From assembly GCA_964502625.1 (NCBI GenBank), contig CAZCXL010000001.1, positions 1 to 31,699 on the forward strand: a stretch of 31,699 nucleotides of DNA, given 5' to 3'. The position numbers were made by a program, and so were the translations under genes. Source of the stretch: an uncultured Planctomycetales bacterium (GTDB lineage Bacteria > Planctomycetota > UBA1135). The notes below the pieces were generated by a model. That model had not been told where the DNA came from and searched no databases. It worked only from the letters and a program-made list of their open reading frames with translations. Every line of letters starts with the position of its first letter. The first letter of the stretch is position 1. Of this stretch, positions 8,025-15,495 are shown one piece after another.

Positions 8025-8030
8025 CCCGGC

Positions 8031-8702
8031 TCACCACGCCGGTGCAGCCGACTCCAGAACCAGCTCCACTCCCCCGATGGGGTGCGGCACGACCAGCCGC
8101 ACGGCATGCAAACCAATGCTCGCATCAGGCAGCGGTTGCTCTGCGCCATATTTGAGATCGCCGGCCAACGGCAAGCCCAGCGCGGAACAGGCCATGCGCA
8201 ATTGATGCGGCCGCCCGGACTCCGGCACGAGCTCCAAGAAAGTGCCGCGCACCGTGGCGCGCTCGATCCGCCAGCGCGTCCGCGCGTGTTTCGCGCGCTC
8301 CCATGCGGCCCGGGCTTCGGACACGGCACGCACGACATTGCGCTCCTCGTCTTTCACCAGCCACTGCTCAACCTCACCGGAGCCTTGCGCTTCGGCGCGC
8401 GGATTGCGCGCCTGACTCCATCCCCGATATTCCTTCAATATTTCGCCCGTGCGCCAAGCTGAGGAAAGCCGCGAGGCCGCCTTGCTGGTGCGCGCAAAGA
8501 GCAACACGCCTCCCACCGGACGATCGAGCCGATGCACCACGCCCAAGTAGACCTCGCCAGGCTTGGAGTACTTTTCCTTCAGATAGGCCTTGGCTGCGTC
8601 GAGCAGCGAGGGATCGCCGCTCGCGTCCGGCACCGTCGGGACTCCCGCCGGCTTATTCACGGCGAGCAGGTGATTGTCCTCGAAGAGAATGGTGAGTCTC
8701 AT
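8031..8702 (-). CDS. RluA-family RNA pseudouridine synthase
   Basis: EDNHLLAVNKPAG, VHRLDRPVGGVLL (catalytic Asp), GRPHQLR, PLAGDLKYG, LHA. Start moved to ATG 8702 (ATGA overlap with the upstream stop). Confidence 0.9.
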   Translation of the reverse strand: MRLTILFEDNHLLAVNKPAGVPTVPDASGDPSLLDAAKAYLKEKYSKPGEVYLGVVHRLDRPVGGVLLFARTSKAASRLSSAWRTGEILKEYRGWSQARNPRAEAQGSGEVEQWLVKDEERNVVRAVSEARAAWERAKHARTRWRIERATVRGTFLELVPESGRPHQLRMACSALGLPLAGDLKYGAEQPLPDASIGLHAVRLVVPHPIGGVELVLESAAPAW

Positions 8703-9619
8703 TCTCGGGTGAAGCGCGCGCAGAAGCCGCAAGGCAAGAGACGCGGCGCGCCGCGAGCGCCGGGACTCTGCTCCTCGGGTAAGGCCAACTCGCCGGTCTC
8801 GATCGTGCCAGGGCCGAAGTCGCGCAGCATGTTGGCAAAGGCTAGTGGCGAATAACCCACCGCATAGGCGGAGAGCACTGTGAAACTTCCGGAAATCGGC
8901 TCGAGCAGCGACGAACACGCCTCGAGTAGCGGGGCCAGACCGTGGTCCAACTCCCATTTCTCCCCTTTGGGGCCGCGTCCGTAGGAAGGAGGATCGGCCA
9001 GAATTCCGTGATAGCGCTGACCGCGGCGCACGTCGCGACGGGCGAAAGCCAGCGCGTCATCGAGCATCCAGCGGATGGCACTGGCATCCAAACCGCTCGC
9101 GCGCGCGTTCTCTGCCGCCCAATCCAAAGAAGTCCGCGACGCATCCACGTGCGTCACTTCCCAACCGCTCTTGGCCGCGAAGACGGAAGCCGCGCCCGTG
9201 TAGCCGAACAGATTCAGCAAGCGAGGCGCCGCGCCTTCCGGGAGGCGGGGCGCCAGCGCGGCCCGGCGCTCCTCCACCCAAGCCCAATTCACTGCCTGTT
9301 CGGGGAAAAGGCCGACGTGTTTGAAGGGTGTGGGACGAATCACGAGACAAGCCGGCTCGGTCCACCCCACCGCCACCTCGACCTCCCATTCCTCCGACAC
9401 TGCGCCGCCGCGGCGCTCCCAGCGGCCGCCACGATCCGACTCACGCATGAAGACGAGTTCCGCGCGCCGCGTCCACTCTTCCGCCGCCAGGCGCGGGCGC
9501 CAGAGCGCCTGCGGGTCGGGACGGCGGAGCGTGAAGCGGCCGAAGCGCTCCAACTTCTCGCCGTTGCCGGAGTCGAGCAACGCGTACGCCGCGAATGGCG
9601 GATGCGGGAAGATCGCCAA
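8699..9619 (-). CDS. Class I SAM-dependent methyltransferase, RlmI/RlmK-like (COG1092-type)
   Basis: ALLDSGNGEKLERFG, FKHVGLFPEQ, LLNLFGYTG, HVDAS, ADPPSYGRGPKGE. Start uncertain; TTG 9619 chosen because a TAGTCT -10 box lies 7 nt upstream. Confidence 0.8.
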   Translation of the reverse strand: MAIFPHPPFAAYALLDSGNGEKLERFGRFTLRRPDPQALWRPRLAAEEWTRRAELVFMRESDRGGRWERRGGAVSEEWEVEVAVGWTEPACLVIRPTPFKHVGLFPEQAVNWAWVEERRAALAPRLPEGAAPRLLNLFGYTGAASVFAAKSGWEVTHVDASRTSLDWAAENARASGLDASAIRWMLDDALAFARRDVRRGQRYHGILADPPSYGRGPKGEKWELDHGLAPLLEACSSLLEPISGSFTVLSAYAVGYSPLAFANMLRDFGPGTIETGELALPEEQSPGARGAPRLLPCGFCARFTRE

Positions 9620-9690
9620 GACGAGGAGACTACGCGCGCCGCTATCGTTTCGCTGGGCTGCTTCCTGGCCCACTCCCTGTTCCCGAGCCG

Positions 9691-10848
9691 ATGACCCTCG
9701 TCTTCGTCGCGAAAGAGTCCCGTCCTGGCGAGCACCGCGTCGCTGCCACACCCGAGACCGTCGCCCGCATGATCAAAGCGGGACTGAAGGTGCAGGTAGC
9801 GGCAGGCGCGGGCGCAGGCGCGTTCATCCCCGATTCCGCGTTTGAGGCCGCCGGCGCCACGCTGGTGGCGCAAACAGCAGGCCTGGGCGCGGCCGATCTC
9901 GTGTTGTGCGTCGCCACGCCTTCACTCCAGGACACGCGCACCTTGCGCAAGGGCGCGATCGTGCTCGCCGTGCTCGAAGGCACGCGCCAACCGGAAGCCG
10001 CGCGCGCACTCGCGGATGCCGGCGCCACCGTCTTCGCGATGGAACTCGTACCCCGCACCACCAAGGCGCAGAAGATGGACGTGCTGTCTTCGCAGGCGAA
10101 CATCGCCGGCTACAAGGCCGTGCTGATTGCCGCAGCGGCGCTGCCGAAATATTTTCCCATGCTGATGACCGCCGCCGGCACCGTGCGTCCCGCGCGCGTG
10201 GTCGTTTTCGGCGTGGGCGTGGCCGGACTGCAGGCGATCGCCACGGCGAAGCGGCTCGGCGCGATCGTGGAGGCCACCGACATCCGTCCCGAAACCAAGG
10301 AGCAGGTCGAATCGCTCGGTGCCAAATTCATCGAGGTCAAACCGGATGAAGGCGCCGCCGAGCCCAGCGTCTACGCCAAAGAGGCGAGCGAGGACTACAA
10401 GCGCCGTCAACGCGAGGCCGTGGCTGCGAGCGTCGCCCAAGCCGACGTCGTGATCACCACCGCGCAAGTGCCGGGCAAGAAGGCGCCGATTCTCGTGCCG
10501 GAGGAAATGCTGAAGGCCATGCGCCCGGGATCGGTGATCGTGGATCTTGCCGCGGAGCAAGGCGGCAACTGCCCGCTGTCACGCCCCGGCGAGACGGTGG
10601 TCCATCACGGGATCACCATCATCGGCCCGGTGAATCTGCCCTCCGGAACTTCCGTTCACGCCAGCGAGCTCTACTCGCGCAACGTGTTGGCGGCCGTTGA
10701 ATACCTGGTTCCGGCGAAGGACAACGACGCACGCGCCATCAAGCTCAACCTCGAGGACGAGATCATCGGCGCTGCGGTTGCAATTCACGGTGGCCAGATT
10801 CGCCACGCCCCCACCTCCAATGCCTTCGGCGTTCCCGCTAAGGCCTGA
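9691..10848 (+). CDS. pntA: NAD(P) transhydrogenase subunit alpha part 1 (dI domain, PntAA)
   Basis: KESRPGEHRVAATPETV, MDVLSSQANIAGYKAV, FPMLMTAAGT, GVGVAGLQAIATA, DVVITTA, DLAAEQGGNC. Start moved to ATG 9691. Confidence 0.95.
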   Translation: MTLVFVAKESRPGEHRVAATPETVARMIKAGLKVQVAAGAGAGAFIPDSAFEAAGATLVAQTAGLGAADLVLCVATPSLQDTRTLRKGAIVLAVLEGTRQPEAARALADAGATVFAMELVPRTTKAQKMDVLSSQANIAGYKAVLIAAAALPKYFPMLMTAAGTVRPARVVVFGVGVAGLQAIATAKRLGAIVEATDIRPETKEQVESLGAKFIEVKPDEGAAEPSVYAKEASEDYKRRQREAVAASVAQADVVITTAQVPGKKAPILVPEEMLKAMRPGSVIVDLAAEQGGNCPLSRPGETVVHHGITIIGPVNLPSGTSVHASELYSRNVLAAVEYLVPAKDNDARAIKLNLEDEIIGAAVAIHGGQIRHAPTSNAFGVPAKA

Positions 10849-10850
10849 TC

Positions 10851-11138
10851 ATGCTGATTCTGCTGCTCTTCGTGTTCTTGTTCGCGATCATCGCGGGCTT
10901 CGAAATCATCACCAAGGTGCCGCCCACGCTGCACACGCCGCTGATGTCGGGAGCCAACGCCATTTCCGGCATCACGGTGATCGGCGCGATCCTCTGCGCG
11001 CACCAGGAATATCCGACGGCCGCCAAAATCCTCGGCTTCATCGCGATCGTGCTGGCCATGATCAACGTGGTCGGCGGTTTCCTGGTCACGGATCGCATGC
11101 TGGGCATGTTCAGCAGCAAGAACAAGAAGGGGCGCTGA
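10851..11138 (+). CDS. pntA: NAD(P) transhydrogenase subunit alpha part 2 (membrane, PntAB)
   Basis: VPPTLHTPLMSGANAISG, NVVGGFLVTDRMLGMF. 95 aa, hydrophobic. Confidence 0.95.
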   Translation: MLILLLFVFLFAIIAGFEIITKVPPTLHTPLMSGANAISGITVIGAILCAHQEYPTAAKILGFIAIVLAMINVVGGFLVTDRMLGMFSSKNKKGR

Positions 11139-11141
11139 GCG

Positions 11142-12620
11142 ATGAACCTCGTCGATCCGCTCTACCTGGTCGCTGCGCTGCTGTTCATTTTCGGCATCAA
11201 GCGCCTGTCGAAGGTGAAGACCGCGCGCAGCGGCAACGCGCTCGCTGCGCTCGGCATGCTGATTGCCATCATCGCCGTGGTGGCTTCGCCGGACAGCGGC
11301 GTCCATCTTGACTGGCCGTGGATGATGGGAGGCCTCGTGACGGGCACGGTGCTCGGCGCACTTCTGGCGCGGACCGTGAAAATGACGGGAATGCCCGAAA
11401 TGGTGGCGCTCCTCAACGGGCTCGGCGGCGCTGCGTCTTTGCTGGTTGCGCTCGCCACCTTCTATGGGTCCTATCTTCATGCACCGGAGTTGACCGGCCT
11501 GCTGGAAGCCGGATTTCTCAAAGACACCGCCCCGGCGCGCGTCCCGGGCGGTGATCTCTCCGCCTTGGGCAGTGCGGTGTGGATGGGCGCCATCCTTGCC
11601 TCGGTCTTGATTGGCGGCATCACGCTCACGGGCAGCCTGGTGGCCATGGGCAAGTTGTCGGAGAAGATCTCGGGCGCACCGATCCTGCTGCCGGGACGGC
11701 ACTTCATCGTCGGTCTCCTGTTCCTCGGCGCAATCGCAATCGGCGCGATGTCCGGATGGGAACTCACCGGCAACACCGCAGCCCTCGCGCTCCTGGTCAC
11801 CACGATCATCGCTTGCGTGCTCGGCGTGCTCGCGGTGATTCCGATCGGTGGCGCGGACATGCCGGTGGTGGTCTCGCTGTTGAACTCGTATTCGGGCATT
11901 GCGGCCTCGATGGCGGGATTCGTGATCAACAGCCCGCTGCTGATCGCCGCAGGCGCGCTGGTGGGCGCGAGCGGCCTGATCCTCACCAACTTGATGTGCA
12001 AGGCGATGAACCGTTCGTTGCTGAACGTGTTGGTCGGCGGCTTCGGCGCTACTGCGTCCAGCGCAGGCGGCGGCAAGAGCGAGTACAAGACCGTTAAGTC
12101 CGCCGCCCCCGAAGAAGCGGCGATGATTCTTGCCGACGCCACCAGCGTGATCTTCATTCCGGGCTACGGCATGGCTGTCGCGCAAGCCCAACACGTAGTG
12201 AAAGAGCTCGGCAAAGAGCTCGAGAAACGCGGCGCCACCGTGCGCTACGCAATCCATCCGGTCGCCGGCCGCATGCCCGGACACATGAACGTGCTGCTCG
12301 CCGAGGCCGACGTGCCCTACGAGCAACTCTGGGAGATGGAGCGCATCAACTCGGAGTTCAAGAACACCGACGTCACCGTCATCATCGGCGCCAACGACGT
12401 GGTGAACCCCGCCGCGATTGACGATCCGCAGAGCCCGATCGCCGGAATGCCTATTCTCATGGCCCACGAATCGCGCACCGTGCTCATGGTGAAGCGTTCA
12501 CTCTCTCCGGGTTACGCCGGCATCAAGAATCCGCTCTTCGAACGCGACAACACGCTGATGTGCTTCGGTGACGGCAAGGCCTTCCTCGACGACGTGCTGA
12601 AGGAACTCAAGTCGGCATGA
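11142..12620 (+). CDS. pntB: NAD(P) transhydrogenase subunit beta
   Basis: MTGMPEMVALLNGLGG, IGGADMPVVVSLLNSYSG, MNRS, PGYGMAVAQAQH, HPVAGRMPGHMNVLLAE, GANDVVNP, GYAG. Confidence 0.97.
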   Translation: MNLVDPLYLVAALLFIFGIKRLSKVKTARSGNALAALGMLIAIIAVVASPDSGVHLDWPWMMGGLVTGTVLGALLARTVKMTGMPEMVALLNGLGGAASLLVALATFYGSYLHAPELTGLLEAGFLKDTAPARVPGGDLSALGSAVWMGAILASVLIGGITLTGSLVAMGKLSEKISGAPILLPGRHFIVGLLFLGAIAIGAMSGWELTGNTAALALLVTTIIACVLGVLAVIPIGGADMPVVVSLLNSYSGIAASMAGFVINSPLLIAAGALVGASGLILTNLMCKAMNRSLLNVLVGGFGATASSAGGGKSEYKTVKSAAPEEAAMILADATSVIFIPGYGMAVAQAQHVVKELGKELEKRGATVRYAIHPVAGRMPGHMNVLLAEADVPYEQLWEMERINSEFKNTDVTVIIGANDVVNPAAIDDPQSPIAGMPILMAHESRTVLMVKRSLSPGYAGIKNPLFERDNTLMCFGDGKAFLDDVLKELKSA

Positions 12621-13348
12621 TCGGGAGCCTGCGCGCCGGGCTGCGGCTCGCGTGTGGGGGCCTTTGGCTGATCTTGATCACGCCGGTCGTCCTGCTGTCC
12701 GCTCTGCTCTCGATCGGCAGCCGCGGCCGGCTCGCGCGCAACGGCGCGCGCGTGCACTGGGTCTGGTCTCGCGTGCTGGGCTGGATCTTCGGGATCCGCA
12801 TGCGCGTGGACGGTCCGCGCCCGCCGCGCGGCGCCTTCCTCGCGTCGAACCATCTCACGCACTTCGACATTCCCGTGCTTGCTTCCATTTTCCCGATGCA
12901 GTTCGTGGCCAAGGCCGAGATCGCGAAGTGGCCGCTGTTCGGACAACTCGCCCTCCTCGCCGGCACGATCTACGTGGACCGCGCTGATCGCGGCTCTACG
13001 CCGAAAATCGTGGCCCACATGAGCCGCTACCTCAAGCACAGCGCCAGCGTGGTGCTCTTCCCCGAAGGCACCTGCGGCAATGGCCTCGAGATCTCGCCCT
13101 TCAAAGCTTCCCTATTCGCTCCGCCCGTGGCATTGCAGTTGCCAACCGTACCGGTGGCGATCCGCTACGTGGGCGAGGGCGCAGTCTGGACCGAGGGATC
13201 CATGGCCTCGCACATGGCGCGCATGCTGCGCGGCAGGCGCATCGAGGTGGCGATCCGCTTCGGGGAGCCGATCCCTGCCGCCACGGACCGCAAGGCCCTG
13301 GCCGTGGAAGCGCGTCGCCGCGTCGCGGATCTCTACGCCACGCTGTAG
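12617..13348 (+). CDS. plsC: 1-acyl-sn-glycerol-3-phosphate acyltransferase (LPLAT)
   Basis: NHLTHFD (HX4D), FVAKAE, FPEGT, N-terminal hydrophobic helix. ATGA overlap with the pntB stop. Confidence 0.85.
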   Translation: MIGSLRAGLRLACGGLWLILITPVVLLSALLSIGSRGRLARNGARVHWVWSRVLGWIFGIRMRVDGPRPPRGAFLASNHLTHFDIPVLASIFPMQFVAKAEIAKWPLFGQLALLAGTIYVDRADRGSTPKIVAHMSRYLKHSASVVLFPEGTCGNGLEISPFKASLFAPPVALQLPTVPVAIRYVGEGAVWTEGSMASHMARMLRGRRIEVAIRFGEPIPAATDRKALAVEARRRVADLYATL

Positions 13349-13364
13349 GGCCTACGTTTCAGGC

Positions 13365-13370
13365 TAGAAT
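13365..13370 (+). promoter_or_regulatory. -10 element TAGAAT, 6 nt before ATG 13377 (leaderless-type)
   Basis: gcTAGAAT-ccaggc-ATG, with no SD in between. Confidence 0.55.
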
Positions 13371-13376
13371 CCAGGC

Positions 13377-13964
13377 ATGCTCCGCACGACGTCTGCCTTG
13401 ATCGCGCTCGCGGCTCTCACCGCTTGCAGCCAGACCATCCGCCAGGACGAGTCCGCCCCCAGCGGAACCGAATGCGCCTGCTGCGAAGACGGCGCGGACC
13501 TCCCGGCCTGGGTCGACGCACCGAACTTTCAAATCCTGTCGGAGCGCGTTGCCGCATCCGGCCCGCCCACTCTGGAATCCATCGCCAGCCTGCAGGCGCG
13601 CGGCTACGGCTTGGTGATCGATCTGCGCACGGACAACGAGCCCGGATTCGCCGCGGAACGCGCGGCAGTGGAGGCCGCAGGTCTCCGCTATATCCACATC
13701 CCGGTGGCCGGGATCGGCTTCGATCTCACGGACGCCGCCAAGTTGCGTGACGCGCTCGCGGACGCGCCGGAGGGCCACGTGCTGCTTCACTGCCGCAGCG
13801 GCGGTCGCGCGGGCGCGCTCTGGGGCCTGGCCCAAGGCTTCGATCAGGGCATGCTGCCCGCCGAAGCAGCGGCGCTCGCCAAAGAGAGCGGCCGGACCGT
13901 TTCCGATCCGGCCGCTGCGAAGGTCGCGACTGAACTTAATTCGGCAATCAAGCCGAAAAACTAG
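13377..13964 (+). CDS. DUF442/Blh-like (PTP/rhodanese-fold) sulfurtransferase or phosphatase domain lipoprotein
   Basis: Signal peptide with lipobox LTAC, ASGPP, VIDLRT, YIHIPV, VLLHCRSGGRA (CxxGxR active loop). Confidence 0.75.
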   Translation: MLRTTSALIALAALTACSQTIRQDESAPSGTECACCEDGADLPAWVDAPNFQILSERVAASGPPTLESIASLQARGYGLVIDLRTDNEPGFAAERAAVEAAGLRYIHIPVAGIGFDLTDAAKLRDALADAPEGHVLLHCRSGGRAGALWGLAQGFDQGMLPAEAAALAKESGRTVSDPAAAKVATELNSAIKPKN

Positions 13965-14749
13965 AAGTCGCGGCCGTTGCCGCCACCCGTGCGGCCCCGT
14001 GTCTGACCGCTGGTGGTATCGCCGCCGGTTTGGCCACGGCCGCCGCCACTGCCCCCGCCGAACCCGCGCCCGAAGTCGGAAAGTGAGGAGTAGGTCTCGA
14101 CTTGAGCCGGAGTGAGGACTGAGCCCACGGCGGCCATCTCTTTGTTGCGGATCTCCGTCATCTGCTTGCCGATAGCCTCACGGTCCATGGTCATGCCACG
14201 ACCATCTTGGAAGCCGGCGAACATGGCTTCACGGGCCGCCCACGACTCGGAGAGGGCCGAGGACACCACTTGGGACTGCGATGCGTCGAGTCCCATTTCC
14301 GTGGTCATGCGCTGGGTCAACTCGGCCACCCGCTCGGCGCGACGCGTCGCCCGCTCGGCCTCGCGCTCCGCGCGCTCCCGCTCCTCGCGTTGCACGATCA
14401 CGGCTTCCACCATGGCATCCATTCCGGGTCCGGAGGGCATGTCTGCGAAGTTAAATGCATCGGCAGCGCCAGCTGGCTGGGCCAAAGCCAGCGCGCTCGG
14501 GTCCGGACGGCGAGAAGCGTTCAGGAGGCGCCCATTCAGGTCCTCGAAGGCCAACTGCTGCGCCGCGGCGCCGCTTTCCAGCTCCATGATCCGCTGATCC
14601 AGGGCCTTCAGGAGCGGGTCTGCGGCGTAGACGGATTCTGAAGCAGAGTGCTGGCTTGCCCCTCTGTCACTTCCGAGGAAAAGCGCACCAACCAGGCCGC
14701 CGGCGAGTCCGACGACAAACATGAGCAGGGTTCGGGCGAGATCGTTCAT
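13961..14749 (-). CDS. Membrane-anchored hypothetical protein with coiled coils and LTxxQ-like (Spy/CpxP-like) motifs
   Basis: N-terminal TM (LLMFVVGLAGGLVGALFLG), charged helix EERERAEREAERATRR, GLDASQ and VLTPAQ motifs, Gly/Arg-rich tail. Fills the gap between two supported genes. Confidence 0.6.
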   Translation of the reverse strand: MNDLARTLLMFVVGLAGGLVGALFLGSDRGASQHSASESVYAADPLLKALDQRIMELESGAAAQQLAFEDLNGRLLNASRRPDPSALALAQPAGAADAFNFADMPSGPGMDAMVEAVIVQREERERAEREAERATRRAERVAELTQRMTTEMGLDASQSQVVSSALSESWAAREAMFAGFQDGRGMTMDREAIGKQMTEIRNKEMAAVGSVLTPAQVETYSSLSDFGRGFGGGSGGGRGQTGGDTTSGQTRGRTGGGNGRDF

Positions 14750-14846
14750 GGGACAGTCTGCGGAATGGCCTCCAGAGGAGAGACCCTCCAGGATACCGAA
14801 CCCTTCCCAGCCCCCCGGGTTTCGGAGTTCTAGAATGCTCGACGCG

Positions 14847-15485
14847 ATGGCCCAGCTGGCACTGCCCTCCTTCCGCTCCGCTGCCTGGGTGGCGGCGCTG
14901 GTCGCCCTCGGCGCGGGCTCCTGCCAAACCGAGCCGGTGCGGCTCTGGTCGCTCCGTGAAGCCGAAGCCGGCAGCCCCGAGCGCGCTGCCTACGACCGCC
15001 TGCAGACTGCGGCCGATCTGGCGAATGAATTCTTGGAGACCTCCGAATTTGCGCGCGGATTTCCGGCTGAGAGTGCACGCTTCACGCTCGACCACAGCGA
15101 CGTCTTGATTCGTTTCCAGAATGAAGGAATCTGGCCGCTGCGCATCGAGTCCACGGGCTGGGCAGATCCGCGCACGGCCGTCGGCGACGGACTGCATCCC
15201 ACGTCGCACGGATTCTTGTCTGCGCGTCGGACCGATCCGGATGCGACGGGAGATGGGACCTCGGACTCTGCGTTTCTCTTGCTGGACTCGCCCGCGATGG
15301 CCGCACTCTTGCTGCGACAGGCCACGACGATGCGTGAAATTCACGCGCGCGGAGAATTCGATTACTGGCTCAATTACGACCTGCTCGGACTCAACCCGAA
15401 GAGTGGTTGGGGTGAAGGAAACCCGGTGAACCTCCGCGCCGAGTCCGTGCAAGCCGCGTTCTGGCAGTGGTTCGAAGCGCGCTAA
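14847..15485 (+). CDS. Hypothetical lipoprotein
   Basis: Signal peptide ending LGAGSC. TAGAAT -10 box at 14831-14836 supports ATG 14847 over 14721. No recognised family. Confidence 0.6.
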   Translation: MAQLALPSFRSAAWVAALVALGAGSCQTEPVRLWSLREAEAGSPERAAYDRLQTAADLANEFLETSEFARGFPAESARFTLDHSDVLIRFQNEGIWPLRIESTGWADPRTAVGDGLHPTSHGFLSARRTDPDATGDGTSDSAFLLLDSPAMAALLLRQATTMREIHARGEFDYWLNYDLLGLNPKSGWGEGNPVNLRAESVQAAFWQWFEAR

Positions 15486-15495
15486 GCGCGTTCGG

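Noticed and set aside
10785-12467. 560-aa minus-strand ORF antisense to pntAB/pntB; also long antisense ORFs at 16270-17298, 18069-19121, 27791-28756 and 29815-31074
   Set aside because: They mirror well-conserved genes on the other strand and are explained by codon bias. No family motifs.
9691-12620. Transhydrogenase as the dedicated NADPH or electron supply for the BCR
   Set aside because: It is separated by unrelated RNA-modification genes, transcribed independently with plsC, and widespread as a housekeeping enzyme. Nothing in the sequence links them.
14667-15452. 261-aa minus-strand ORF overlapping the hypothetical lipoprotein
   Set aside because: The plus-strand ORF has a -10 box, signal peptide and lipobox; this one is Arg-rich and featureless.
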